64,000 nt of DNA from an uncultured Collinsella sp. (GCA_958427355.1 CAUACA010000001.1:103269-167268); one strand, 5' to 3'. Positions 8,075 through 18,184 are shown, numbered from the stretch's first letter. Translations and numbers: made by a program. Notes: generated from the letters alone by a model not told the origin.

Positions 8075-8432
8075 GGCGGCAGCGCTGCAGGCGTGGCTCG
8101 AGGGCTTCGGTCTTCCCGTGTACCGCGACTCGGCGGTGCCGGGCGAGGCGAAGATGCCCTACATCACCTACGACCTGCCGACCGCGGCATTCGGCACGCA
8201 GTGCAACTCCGAGGTGAATCTCTGGTTCCGTACATCATCCGAGGCAGCGCCCAACGCCAAGGCCGAGGAGGTCGCCCGGGCGTTGGGGCTGTCGGGCGTG
8301 TTGCTGCCGTGCGACGGCGGCGGCATGTGGGTGATGCAGGGCGAGCCGTTCTGCAACGCCATGGCCGACGAGGACAACGCCGTGAAGCGCCGAATCATCA
8401 ACCTGACCATTGAGTACATGACCAGCTACTAG
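8064..8432 (+). CDS. Putative tail terminator/completion protein
   Basis: PYITY motif; lies directly before the tail tube gene. Confidence 0.7.
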   Translation: MATKAAALQAWLEGFGLPVYRDSAVPGEAKMPYITYDLPTAAFGTQCNSEVNLWFRTSSEAAPNAKAEEVARALGLSGVLLPCDGGGMWVMQGEPFCNAMADEDNAVKRRIINLTIEYMTSY

Positions 8433-8440
8433 GAGGTCAT

Positions 8441-9010
8441 ATGTCTAAGTTCACGCGCATCCCCGAGAACACGTTCAAGGAGATCGTCATCAACGCGGGC
8501 CTGCTCGCCACGAATTTCAACCCCAAGACCGCAGAGGTCGCGGAGTCCGAGCTGATGGGCGCGACGAGCGGCGGAACCAGCTTCGCCGCCACGCCCAAAT
8601 TCATCGACTACGGCGAGGACATCGACAACTGCCCCGCCAACACGATGGAGCTCAAGCGCATCGACAGCATCGAGGCCAAGCTGAGCGGCACCTTCGTGAC
8701 GCTGAACACCGCGCTCGGCAAGAAGCTCGCAGCCGCAGCCGACGAGACCGAGGGGAAGATCGTCCCGCGCTCCGCGCTCTCGGAGGCCGACTTCGCCGAC
8801 ATCTGGCTCATCGGCGATTACTCGGGCGAGAACGGCAACGGCTATATCGCCATCCGCCTCATCAACGCGCTCAACACGGGCGGTCTGCAAATCACGACGC
8901 AGAACAAGGCCAAGGGCCAGTTCGCGTTCGAGTTCACGGGCCACTACTCAATCAAGAACCCCGAGATCGTGCCCTACGAGCTGTATATCAAACAGGAGAT
9001 TGGAGCCTAA
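8441..9010 (+). CDS. Major tail (tube) protein
   Basis: 189 aa, GATSGG motif, AGGAGG RBS, synteny. Confidence 0.8.
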   Translation: MSKFTRIPENTFKEIVINAGLLATNFNPKTAEVAESELMGATSGGTSFAATPKFIDYGEDIDNCPANTMELKRIDSIEAKLSGTFVTLNTALGKKLAAAADETEGKIVPRSALSEADFADIWLIGDYSGENGNGYIAIRLINALNTGGLQITTQNKAKGQFAFEFTGHYSIKNPEIVPYELYIKQEIGA

Positions 9011-9012
9011 CC

Positions 9013-9438
9013 ATGAAGCTGGACAACCTTACCGCCGACGAGTTCCAGAACGCCATGTGCCTGTTGGCGGACGTGGCGGAGGACGTCATGAACGGCGAAC
9101 TCGGCGCAAAGGCAAAGGCCTCCTACGCCAAGTTCCGCTCCGACTCCGCCAAGGCCAAGGCCAAGGCGACCGCCAAGGCGAAGGGCGACCCCGAGGCCGC
9201 GAAGGCAGCCGCCACCGCCGAGGTCAACGGCCTCGCCGTGGACATGGTGGCGGGTCTTCTGCCCGACGTGCTGCGCCAGGGCGGCGAGATCAGCTACAAG
9301 CTGCTCGCCGCACTCGACGGCCAGACGCTCGAGGAGTACAAGGCCGAGTTCACCGTCAAGAAGTGGGTGAACGACATCAAGGATGCCATCGACGGCATCG
9401 ACGGCATCAAGGACATCCTGGCTCCTTTTTTTGGATAG
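9013..9438 (+). CDS. Tail assembly chaperone (gpG-like)
   Basis: Between tail tube and tape measure; ends CCT TTT TTT GGA TAG. Confidence 0.75.
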   Translation: MKLDNLTADEFQNAMCLLADVAEDVMNGELGAKAKASYAKFRSDSAKAKAKATAKAKGDPEAAKAAATAEVNGLAVDMVAGLLPDVLRQGGEISYKLLAALDGQTLEEYKAEFTVKKWVNDIKDAIDGIDGIKDILAPFFG

Positions 9439-9734
9439 CCGCCGAGGACCCATCTCACATATGGCTCTGTCTGGGCGAGTACGTCGGGCCACGGCGTGCT
9501 CGCCCTTTCTGTAGGTACATGGTCGCGCGGTGGCGCGAGCGGGACGAGCGGGAGGCGTTCCGCGTGTACCTGAGCGAGTCGGTGCGCCTCATGGCGCAGG
9601 GGAAGTGGCTCAAGGAGCCCTTCCTGAGCATCGTCAACGGCGGTGCGGGCGATGGGTCCGAGGCGGAGGACACGCGCGGCGGCGACGAGATCGCCGCAGA
9701 CATCATCGAGCGGATGGGATTGAAGGTGGTCTAG
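9426..9734 (+). CDS. Tail chaperone -1 frameshift extension (gpT-like)
   Basis: T TTT TTT heptamer at 9426-9432; the -1 frame is open to 9734, abutting the tape measure start. Confidence 0.7.
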   Translation, partial: FFWIAAEDPSHIWLCLGEYVGPRRARPFCRYMVARWRERDEREAFRVYLSESVRLMAQGKWLKEPFLSIVNGGAGDGSEAEDTRGGDEIAADIIERMGLKVV

Positions 9735-12158
9735 GTGAACCTTCTCGACCTGATGATTAAGGTTGGCCTCAAGGACGAGGCCAGTGGCAAGGCGGAGGGC
9801 GTGGCCTCGAAGGTCGTGGGCACGCTCGGCAAGGCCGGCGCGACCGCCGCCAAGGCGATAGGCGTTGGCGTCGCCGCCGTGGGGGCGGGCGTCGCCGCCG
9901 TCACGGGCATGAGCATGAGCGCATACGCCGCATACGAGCAGAACGTCGGCGGCATTAAGAAGATATTCGGCAACATGGGCAAGTCCCTCGAGGACTACGC
10001 CGCCATGACCGGCCAGACCGTCGAGCAGTGCTCCGGTAAGTGGGGGCAGCTCGAGCAGGCCCAGACGACGGTGCTGGCAAACGCCGACCGCGCCTACATA
10101 ACGGCCGGCCTGAGCGCCAACCGGTACATGGAGCAGGTCACAGGCTTCTCGGCCTCGCTCGTTTCCTCACTGGGCGGCGACACGGTAAAGGCCGCGAAGT
10201 ACGCCAACACGGCCATGGTCGACATGAGCGACAACGCGAACACCTTCGGCACGGCGATGGAGGACCTCCAGAACGCATACCAGGGATTTGCCAAGCAGAA
10301 CTACACGATGCTCGACAACCTCAAGCTCGGATACGGCGGAACCAAGGAGGAGATGCAGCGCCTCGTCAAGGACGCGCACGCGGTCAACTCAGCCGTGGAC
10401 GAGTCGAGCCTATCCTTCGATAACGTCGTGCTGGCCATCCACACGATGCAGGAGCAGATGCAGATCGCCGGCACAACCTCGCGCGAGGCCGCCACGACCA
10501 TCGAGGGCTCCTGCAACATGGCGAAGGCTGCCTGGGAGAACTGGGTGACGGAGCTGGGCAAGGACGACGCCGACATGGGCAAGCTCACCGGGGAGCTGCT
10601 ACATTCGGTCGAGACGGCGGCATCGAACGTCGTCCCGCGCGTTGCGACCATCGTCGGCACGGCGCTGTCGCAGCTACCGAGTCTTGTCACGTCGGTCGGT
10701 CCCGTGCTCGGCCAAGCGTTTGTCGACATTTTCACTCAGGCGCTCGACAGCGCGGCTGAGGCCGTGCCCGGGCCTATGGGCGACATCCTCTCCGCCGTGT
10801 CGGACGGCGTGGACGAGATCGGCGAGCGCTTCAAGGGGCTTGGCGAGATCTGGGCGGTTGGGGACAACCCGCTCGAGTCTCTGCACCTCGCCATGGTCTA
10901 CGGCCTGACGCTGCTCGAGGGCGACCTGTCCACGCTGCAGGAGAACATCACCTCATCGCTGCCCGGCATCGCCGAGGGCTTCGCCGACGTGGGCGGCGAG
11001 GTCGTTCCCAGGCTCGCCGAGGGAATCGAGATGGGACTGTCGTTCCTCTCCGAGACTGCGGCGTCGCTCATGACATCGCTCGGCGGCTATCTGTCCGAGA
11101 ACCTGCCATCCATCACGGAGAGCGGCCTGCAGATTCTCACCGGCCTCTCCGAGTCCATAGCCGAGAACGTGGGCGTTCTGGCAGAGGGCGCAGCGAACCT
11201 CATCGTCGGCTTGGCGCAGGGTATCGCCGACAGCCTGCCGACGCTCATCGAGCAGGCCCCGGTTATCGTGCAGAACCTCGCCAGCGCGATCAACGACAAC
11301 GCGCCGATACTGCTCGGTGCCGGCATCCAGGCAATCGTGACGCTGGCGCTTGGCATCGTGCAGGCGATACCGACGCTCATCGCCAACATCCCGGCCATCT
11401 TCTCGGCCTTCGTCTCGGCGTGGTCGGCGCTCGACTGGCTGAGCCTCGGCAGGAACGCCATCACGTTCCTAGGCAACGGCATCACCGGCATGGCCGGCTT
11501 CGTCAGCACGTGCGGTGCCAACATCGTGTCCGCCATCCGCGGCGCGATCCAGAACCTGCCGTCCACCCTGGCGAGCATCGGCCGCAACGGAATCAGTAGC
11601 CTGGGCTCCGCCATCCGCGGCGCGGTCGGCTTCGTGACCTCGGCTGCCGCAAGCATTGGCAGTTCCATCATGGGCGCCCTGTCCTCCATCCCGGACCGCG
11701 TGGCCTCCATCGGCTCGCAGATCGTGCAGGGCATCGCAAACGGAATCAGCGGCGCGGCAGGCGTGGTCGTGAGCAAGATTACCGGCGTGGTTGGCGGCGC
11801 CATTGAAGCGGCCAAGAACCTGCTCGGCATCCACTCTCCCTCGCGCGTGTTCCGCAAGATTTTCGGCTACGTCATGGAGGGCGCGGCCCTCGGCATCGAC
11901 GACACGGCGGACGAGCCGGTTAAGTCCATGAGGTCGGCGGTGCGCAACGTCGAGAAGGCCGCCGTGTTCGGTGTGAGCGTTACCGGCGGCGGAGCATACG
12001 GGGCGACCGCCAATGGAGCCGCGGGCTTCGCGGGCGGCGGCAACGTTTACAACCTCTACCTCGACGGCGACCTGCTGGGCGTCGACGGGCGCGTGGCCTC
12101 CGCCTTCAGGAGCTTCGTCGCGGCGGTGGAGCAGAGCATGGCGATGGGGGTCGCGTAG
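9735..12158 (+). CDS. Tape measure protein
   Basis: 807 aa, Ala/Gly-rich repeats, NYTMLDNLKLGYGGTKEEM and LGIHSPSRVF motifs. Confidence 0.92.
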   Translation: MNLLDLMIKVGLKDEASGKAEGVASKVVGTLGKAGATAAKAIGVGVAAVGAGVAAVTGMSMSAYAAYEQNVGGIKKIFGNMGKSLEDYAAMTGQTVEQCSGKWGQLEQAQTTVLANADRAYITAGLSANRYMEQVTGFSASLVSSLGGDTVKAAKYANTAMVDMSDNANTFGTAMEDLQNAYQGFAKQNYTMLDNLKLGYGGTKEEMQRLVKDAHAVNSAVDESSLSFDNVVLAIHTMQEQMQIAGTTSREAATTIEGSCNMAKAAWENWVTELGKDDADMGKLTGELLHSVETAASNVVPRVATIVGTALSQLPSLVTSVGPVLGQAFVDIFTQALDSAAEAVPGPMGDILSAVSDGVDEIGERFKGLGEIWAVGDNPLESLHLAMVYGLTLLEGDLSTLQENITSSLPGIAEGFADVGGEVVPRLAEGIEMGLSFLSETAASLMTSLGGYLSENLPSITESGLQILTGLSESIAENVGVLAEGAANLIVGLAQGIADSLPTLIEQAPVIVQNLASAINDNAPILLGAGIQAIVTLALGIVQAIPTLIANIPAIFSAFVSAWSALDWLSLGRNAITFLGNGITGMAGFVSTCGANIVSAIRGAIQNLPSTLASIGRNGISSLGSAIRGAVGFVTSAAASIGSSIMGALSSIPDRVASIGSQIVQGIANGISGAAGVVVSKITGVVGGAIEAAKNLLGIHSPSRVFRKIFGYVMEGAALGIDDTADEPVKSMRSAVRNVEKAAVFGVSVTGGGAYGATANGAAGFAGGGNVYNLYLDGDLLGVDGRVASAFRSFVAAVEQSMAMGVA

Positions 12159-12159
12159 A

Positions 12160-14346
12160 ATGGCGCAGGGAAACTGGGTTCAAGGCGGAAGCGGCTACCG
12201 CAAGTACTGCTGGTGCGCGTACGTGGACGTTGCTGAGGTCGCGCGCACGGACACCACCGTGACCTACCGCGTCACGCACGGGTACGGCACGCGCTACGCC
12301 ATCAACTGCTACGCAAACGGCAGCTCGTCGGCGGGCGGCTCGTGGAACGGCTCGGTCTACTCGACGAACAACTCCGACTGGGTGTGGGTGCAGTGCACGT
12401 CGCGCGACGTCGAGCTCGCGCGCGGCAACGGCGACGCCTACAACCACACCTTCACTGGCCAGATTAACGTCACGGGCGGCTTCAGCAACGGCACCTCGAA
12501 CGCCTCCAACACCGTCACGGTGCCGTGCCGCGCCTACCACACGCCGCACACGCCGAAGAACATCAGGGCGGAGCGCCTGAGCGACACCAGCGCGAAGGTC
12601 AGTTGGGACGTCGACTACACGGGCATGAACGGCGACTACCCCTGGTCGACCGTGACCGTCGGCGTGGTGAAGAACGGCCCGGGGAAGTTCACCGACGTCG
12701 GCACCGTCAGTTGGGATACCACGAGCCACACCTACAACGGCCTCGAGCCGGGCTGCATGTACATCTTCTCCGCCAAGGCGACGGGTCCCGGCGGCACGTC
12801 GGACTACGGCGTGAGCGCGCCGGCGATCTATACCACGCCGACGGCGCTCGGCATGCTCGAGGCCGTCAAGGCAGAGGCGGCGAAGGTCGTGCTCAGGGGG
12901 CACGACGCGCCGGCCTTCGTCGACAGCTGGGAGTTCCAGCTCTCGACCGACGGGCGCAAGACATGGGTCGATGCGGACGTGAACGCCTCCTGGGAGGACG
13001 AGGAGGCGCCGGCGGGAACGGTGCGCTACCGCGCCCGCGCGGTCAAGAGCGGCCTCAAGGGACCGTGGACCGAGTCAAACGAGGTCACGACTATATGCCC
13101 GCCGCTCGCACCGTCCATCAGGGGCGTCAGGGCGGCTTATGCCACCCGCTCGACCGCGACACTCGAATGGGTGCCCAACCATCCGGACGGCTCGGCGCAG
13201 ACCTCCGCGGAGGTGCAGATCACAACCCCTGCGGACACCACTGCCACGACGGTCGAGGGCTCGGCTACGAGCCTGAAGTTGCCGACGGATGCCAAGGGCA
13301 TGTACACCGTGCGCGTGCGCACCAAGGGCCTCGACGAGGACTGGGGCGCATGGTCGAGCGCGGTGGCATATACCGTTGCGGACGCGCCCCAGGCATTCTT
13401 CACCGACCCGGCTGCGGACGGGGCGACCCTGCGCGCGGTGCCTCATACCTTCACGTGGAAGGTGGCCGACGAGACGGGCGTCAGCCGACAGTATCTGTCT
13501 TTATGCGACATCAGGGGCAACCTCCTGTGGAGCGGGACTGTGGACAAGGACGCGCGCTCCTTTGGCCTCGGCTACGCGCAACACGCCTTCGTCAACTTCA
13601 CTCCCTACAGGGTCATGCTCACGGTCACGGCTGGCTCATCGCTATCGGTCACCGTCTCGAGAACTTTTCGGACCGACTGGGCACCGCCAGCCAAACCGTC
13701 GCTCAACATCTTCGTCGACGAGAGGTTGGGATGCCAGCTGTCGGTATTCCCAGGCAAGGCCGACAGTGACGACACGCCCGAGACGTCCCGCTTCACCGTG
13801 TCGCGCGTCCTGCCTGACGGCTCGACCCTGCAGCTCGGCTCGCACCTTGCGGCGGGCGAGGGCGCGAGCGACCCGCTGCCTCCGCTCAACAGCGAGTTCG
13901 AGTACGTCGCGGTTGCCTACGCCGCGACGGGCGCGAGCACGGCGACGAGGGTCAAAACGACCGTTGCGAGCCGCGAGGTGGCTCTCAACTGGGGAGCCGG
14001 CGCTGAGAGGTCATGGCTCGGGCGCTATCTCAAGAAGGGCTCGAGCCGCAAGGTGACGCACGGATACAAGATGCTGCACTTCGCCGACGGCGGGGAAGGG
14101 CTGCCCGTCTCGTACGGCATCAACGAACGGGACGTCAAGGACAGCATGGACTTCCTGCTGCTCGACGAGGAGGACTACAAGTCATTCCTCGAGGTCATGA
14201 ACATGGCGGGGCGCTTCTGGGTGCGCGATCTCTACGGCGAGCGGTTCCGCGCCCGCCTCAGCTGTAGCGTGAAGCGTTCCGACGGCGCGTGGGTGGCTTC
14301 GTGCGACCCTACGTGGGAGACGTGGGAGGAGCCCGCCAATGGCTGA
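12160..14346 (+). CDS. Minor tail protein with fibronectin-III-like repeats
   Basis: Beta-rich; FN3-like motifs (LEPGCMYIF, YRARAV..GPWTES, YTVRVRT..WGAWS). Confidence 0.72.
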   Translation: MAQGNWVQGGSGYRKYCWCAYVDVAEVARTDTTVTYRVTHGYGTRYAINCYANGSSSAGGSWNGSVYSTNNSDWVWVQCTSRDVELARGNGDAYNHTFTGQINVTGGFSNGTSNASNTVTVPCRAYHTPHTPKNIRAERLSDTSAKVSWDVDYTGMNGDYPWSTVTVGVVKNGPGKFTDVGTVSWDTTSHTYNGLEPGCMYIFSAKATGPGGTSDYGVSAPAIYTTPTALGMLEAVKAEAAKVVLRGHDAPAFVDSWEFQLSTDGRKTWVDADVNASWEDEEAPAGTVRYRARAVKSGLKGPWTESNEVTTICPPLAPSIRGVRAAYATRSTATLEWVPNHPDGSAQTSAEVQITTPADTTATTVEGSATSLKLPTDAKGMYTVRVRTKGLDEDWGAWSSAVAYTVADAPQAFFTDPAADGATLRAVPHTFTWKVADETGVSRQYLSLCDIRGNLLWSGTVDKDARSFGLGYAQHAFVNFTPYRVMLTVTAGSSLSVTVSRTFRTDWAPPAKPSLNIFVDERLGCQLSVFPGKADSDDTPETSRFTVSRVLPDGSTLQLGSHLAAGEGASDPLPPLNSEFEYVAVAYAATGASTATRVKTTVASREVALNWGAGAERSWLGRYLKKGSSRKVTHGYKMLHFADGGEGLPVSYGINERDVKDSMDFLLLDEEDYKSFLEVMNMAGRFWVRDLYGERFRARLSCSVKRSDGAWVASCDPTWETWEEPANG

Positions 14347-15904
14347 TAGCTGGACGAGGCCGTTCGACGCCTCCTACGACTTCGTGCGCGTCTCGCGCGA
14401 GACGGGGCTCGAGCTCGACTTCGTGCGCGACATCGAGAACGGCGGCTCCATCGAGCGCAACGCAAACACGGCGCTCTATGAGACTGCATCCCTGGACTTC
14501 GCTGACAAGTTCGACGTTGGCAACGACTTTCTACGTGTGTACCTCAACGCCACCTTCACGGACGGCAGTAAGAGGCGCGAGTGCCTAGGAACATTTATGC
14601 CGCAGGTGGACTCGGTGGACATCGACGGCGCCTACCGCGAGGGCCAGATCAACGCCTACGGCCTCCTGAAGCTGCTCAAGGACGACGACTTCGACGGGCC
14701 CTACGTAATCGTCAAGGACTCCAACGCCGTCGAGGAGGCCGTCAAGATAGCCGAATCGGTCGGCCTCACCGTCTACGCCGACAGTAGCAGCCTCCTACTC
14801 GGCAGCAACTGGGTGTTCGGCGTGGGCAAGAGCAACGACGCCAAGACCAAGCTGGACGCCGTGAACCTGCTCCTCGAGGCTGCCGGATTCCGCTCGGCGG
14901 CGACCGACCGAATGGGCAACGTGCTCTTCAGGCGCTACGTCGAGCCTGCCGACATGCCCATCTCGGCGGAGTTCACCGAGGGCAGGGACGCGCGCTTCAT
15001 GTCTGCCATGACCGAATCGACCAACCGCGCCGAGGTCTGCAACGTCGTACACGTGGACTTCAGCACGCAGGACGCATCGGTGCGCGGCACGGCGGTGGAC
15101 GACTCGCCCGACTCCGACCTCTCGACCGTCTCGGTCGGGCGCCGCATCGTCAAGAGCTACAGCTACGACAGCCTGCCGGGCGTGGACACCGAGGACAGCA
15201 ACCTTGTCGAGGGCGCCGCCAACGCCCTCATCGGCATCGGAAAGAAGTCTGAGAAGAACTTCCGCAAGAGCGATTCGCACGGCAGCATCCAGACCGTCTA
15301 TGTCCCCGACTCGCCGCAGACGGGGGTGATCTTCGGCATCAAGGTCGTCTCGACTGGCGGTCGCGTCGGCTTCTGCCAGGACGAGGGGCCGAGCGTCAAG
15401 AAGGACACGGACTACACGCAGAGCGTGTGGGTCAAGGGCACCAAGGGCGCGACGGGCATCATACAGTCCTTCTGGGACCAGGAGAGGGCGCTTGGCCCGG
15501 TGACCGAGGGCTTCACTCTGACTGGCGATTGGCAGAAGGTCAACTACACCTACCACGCCACGGAGACACACAACAAGGTCAGCTGGGGCTACTGCTACAT
15601 CGACGGCGGCGAGGCTGTCTTCGTCGCCGACAAAGTCGAGGAGGGTTCCACAGCCACACCTTGGCCCCAGGACGCCATGCAGGCGGCTGCGGACCGCAAG
15701 GCGGCGGAGCTGCTCGCCACCGAGCGCGCCGTGACGCGCACGGACGAGTTCAGGAGCGTGTACAAGCCCGTCGAGCCGTGCATGGCGGTGGCGATGAACT
15801 ACAGGACCGGCGGGGTTGTCGGCAAGCTGGCAATCCAGAAGCAGACGCTGACGCTTGACGCCGGCTGCGTCATAAAGCACACGGCGAGGAGGTACGAGCG
15901 ATGA
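14339..15904 (+). CDS. Minor tail/baseplate-hub protein with inserted CBM-like domain
   Basis: Follows the FN3 tail protein; internal YTQSVWVKG...WQKVNYT...KVEEGSTATPW segment. Confidence 0.68.
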   Translation: MADSWTRPFDASYDFVRVSRETGLELDFVRDIENGGSIERNANTALYETASLDFADKFDVGNDFLRVYLNATFTDGSKRRECLGTFMPQVDSVDIDGAYREGQINAYGLLKLLKDDDFDGPYVIVKDSNAVEEAVKIAESVGLTVYADSSSLLLGSNWVFGVGKSNDAKTKLDAVNLLLEAAGFRSAATDRMGNVLFRRYVEPADMPISAEFTEGRDARFMSAMTESTNRAEVCNVVHVDFSTQDASVRGTAVDDSPDSDLSTVSVGRRIVKSYSYDSLPGVDTEDSNLVEGAANALIGIGKKSEKNFRKSDSHGSIQTVYVPDSPQTGVIFGIKVVSTGGRVGFCQDEGPSVKKDTDYTQSVWVKGTKGATGIIQSFWDQERALGPVTEGFTLTGDWQKVNYTYHATETHNKVSWGYCYIDGGEAVFVADKVEEGSTATPWPQDAMQAAADRKAAELLATERAVTRTDEFRSVYKPVEPCMAVAMNYRTGGVVGKLAIQKQTLTLDAGCVIKHTARRYER

Positions 15905-16158
15905 GCGATTCGGCGGTCGAGATCAAGGGCGCGGCGGTGCGGTTGGCGGCGGCGATTCCGTCGGGCGGCAAGCGGCTGACGATGGAGTTCGGCACGGTCG
16001 TCGGTGTCCATGGCACGGCGCTAGACGTGATGCTGCGCGGTGCGGTCGTGACGGTCCCGATGGTGCGCTCCTGCACGGGGTGCATCATCACCGACCGCGC
16101 CGTGATCCTGTCGCAGGGCCCGCTGGCCGTTTGCGTCGGCACGATGGCGGCGGTGTAG
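15901..16158 (+). CDS. Small phage tail-associated hypothetical protein
   Basis: ATGA overlap, 85 aa. Confidence 0.6.
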   Translation: MSDSAVEIKGAAVRLAAAIPSGGKRLTMEFGTVVGVHGTALDVMLRGAVVTVPMVRSCTGCIITDRAVILSQGPLAVCVGTMAAV

Positions 16159-16236
16159 GCCGGCGTTACGGGGGGCCGAACCTGCAGTGTGGCGGGGAGT
16201 GGGCCCCGCCACACTGCAGAATGGAAGGGAGGCCGG

Positions 16237-16650
16237 ATGGAGGTACTCAAACTCTTCGCGCCGTACGGGCCGGGGTGGCTCGGCGGAGTGCTGCTGGCGC
16301 TGATCGCCTTCTATTTTGGGCGGCAATTTTTGGCCGAGTACAAGGTCCAGAACGAGCGCAAGGCGAACCTCGACCTCAAGCGCGAGGAGCGAAAGCAGGC
16401 CGAGGTGGACGAGCGCGCGCAGCGGGACCGCGAACGGTCCCAAATGGAGGGTCGCATCGCCGCGCAGATGGAGCGCAGCAACACCTTGATTGAGGGGATG
16501 AAGACCCTCATGGAGTCGGTCGTCGCGTCAAATGACGTGTTGCACGCCGATCTGGTCCACAGCCAGGCGCGCAGCCAGGGGATGGCCGAGAAGGTCGACC
16601 ACATCTACGACCGCGTCGACCTCATGTACAACAAGGAGACAAGCAGATAG
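16237..16650 (+). CDS. Membrane/coiled-coil lysis-module protein (holin-like)
   Basis: GGAGG RBS, one N-terminal TM segment and a coiled coil. Confidence 0.65.
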   Translation: MEVLKLFAPYGPGWLGGVLLALIAFYFGRQFLAEYKVQNERKANLDLKREERKQAEVDERAQRDRERSQMEGRIAAQMERSNTLIEGMKTLMESVVASNDVLHADLVHSQARSQGMAEKVDHIYDRVDLMYNKETSR

Positions 16651-16660
16651 GAGCAATCAA

Positions 16661-16966
16661 ATGACTGAGATTCAGGCCGGCCTCACCGTCGCCACGGTGC
16701 TCGTGGTGCCGTACATCGTGCAGGCCATCAAGACTAAGGCCATGACGGGCAGCGTCGCCCGCTGGACGGCCATCGCCGTCTCGGCGGGGTGCGGTGCCCT
16801 CACGGCCATGGCGGGAGGCGTGCCCACCGACCCCTCGGCGTGGGTGACGTCCATCTTCGCGTGTGTCGGCGGCGTGCAGGTGGCCTATGCCGCCTTCAAA
16901 TCCGTCGGTATCACGGACAAATGGCTCGACGCGCTGCTCGCGCTCGGCGACATTAAGGAGGACTAA
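16661..16966 (+). CDS. Holin
   Basis: 101 aa, about 3 hydrophobic segments, directly before the endolysin. Confidence 0.78.
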   Translation: MTEIQAGLTVATVLVVPYIVQAIKTKAMTGSVARWTAIAVSAGCGALTAMAGGVPTDPSAWVTSIFACVGGVQVAYAAFKSVGITDKWLDALLALGDIKED

Positions 16967-16967
16967 C

Positions 16968-18041
16968 ATGGCAGATTTCGCGAACGTCCAACCGGACGAG
17001 TACAAGCTCCTCGGCTGCAACTTCTCGGCGGGACGACCCTTCGGCATCAAGGGCGTCACGATCCACCATATGGCGGGTGACCTCAATGCAGCCCAGTGCA
17101 ACAGCATCTGGGCCGCCAACGGCTGCTCTGCCCACTACTCGGTCGACCGCAACGGCTACATCGTGCAGCACGTCAACGACACCGACCGCGCCTACGCTTG
17201 CGGCGACGGCATCGGCACGGGCGGCGGCAACGACACGACCATCAGCATCGAACACGCCAACAGCGCGCGCGGCCCGTGGACGGTTCACGAGGCCGCTATC
17301 GAGAGCGGTGCGCACCTCGTGGCGGCGCTGTGCCTGTACTACGGGCTGGGCCGCCCGGCATGGATGGTGAACGTGTTCCCGCACAAGCACTGGTCGTCCA
17401 CGGCCTGCCCCGGCGAGCTGGCTGGCTCGCAGCGCGACCACTACATGCAGCGCGCCGTCGAGTGGTACGACGCGATGGTCGGCGGCACGCAGCCGTCCGC
17501 GCCGACTGTGCAGCCCGCGGCGACCCCCGCTGCGCCTTCGGCGTCGCAGGGCGCGCCGGGCGGTTTCCCTCGCTCCACTGGCGCCCGTGTTCCCGTACAC
17601 TACTCGCTGCACCTCAAGGGTGGCGGCTGGCTGGACGAGGTGACTGACTTCGGTGCCGGCGACGACGGCTTCGCGGGCTACCCGTGCCGACAGCATGACC
17701 TCCTTTGCGCCCGAGTTGATCGAGGTACGCTCAAGTATCAGGTCCACACCGTCGAGGACGGCTGGCTCGACTGGGTCGCCAAGGGCGACCGCAACGACAC
17801 CGTAAACGGCTGCGCCGGTATCGCCGGTCATACCATCGACGGCGTGCGCATGTACTACGTGACGCCGAGCGGCGAGGAGTACAAGCAGGTGTGGTACCAC
17901 TCCCAGACCACTGCGCGCGCCGGATGGCTGAACACCGTGTGCGACGACGGCTCTACCTATAGCGGCGACGACTACGCCGGTATCTACGGCGAGCCGCTCG
18001 ACCGTCTGCAGGTCTGCGTCACCGACGGGGTGCCGTGGTAA
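16968..18041 (+). CDS. Endolysin: N-acetylmuramoyl-L-alanine amidase with Trp-repeat cell-wall-binding region
   Basis: TIHH, SAHY, SIEH, PHKHWSSTACPG; Pro/Ala linker; three GWL..V repeats. Confidence 0.9.
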   Translation: MADFANVQPDEYKLLGCNFSAGRPFGIKGVTIHHMAGDLNAAQCNSIWAANGCSAHYSVDRNGYIVQHVNDTDRAYACGDGIGTGGGNDTTISIEHANSARGPWTVHEAAIESGAHLVAALCLYYGLGRPAWMVNVFPHKHWSSTACPGELAGSQRDHYMQRAVEWYDAMVGGTQPSAPTVQPAATPAAPSASQGAPGGFPRSTGARVPVHYSLHLKGGGWLDEVTDFGAGDDGFAGYPCRQHDLLCARVDRGTLKYQVHTVEDGWLDWVAKGDRNDTVNGCAGIAGHTIDGVRMYYVTPSGEEYKQVWYHSQTTARAGWLNTVCDDGSTYSGDDYAGIYGEPLDRLQVCVTDGVPW

Positions 18042-18142
18042 TGGCTTTCGTCATGCGCGCGGCGCTCGGCGCGATTCTGGGCAGCTTCGTCACGGTTGTC
18101 GCGCTCGCCCTGATCTGGGGCGGGAGCGACCGCGGGCGATAA
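18041..18142 (+). CDS. 33-aa single-TM peptide after endolysin (not in ORF track)
   Basis: TAATG overlap; MAFVMRAALGAILGSFVTVVALALIWGGSDRGR. Confidence 0.55.
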   Translation: MAFVMRAALGAILGSFVTVVALALIWGGSDRGR

Positions 18143-18146
18143 CAGC

Positions 18147-18184
18147 AAAAGGGACCGTGGCGGTTCTTCGCCACGGTCCCTTTC
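18147..18184. terminator. Probably bidirectional terminator at the end of the phage late operon
   Basis: AAAA-GGGACCGTGGCG-gttctt-CGCCACGGTCCC-TTT. Confidence 0.8.

Noticed and set aside
12160..16158. Second DGR target (VR) in tail genes
   Set aside because: No TR-like sequence found by eye at the 3' ends of these genes; a computational alignment would be more sensitive.
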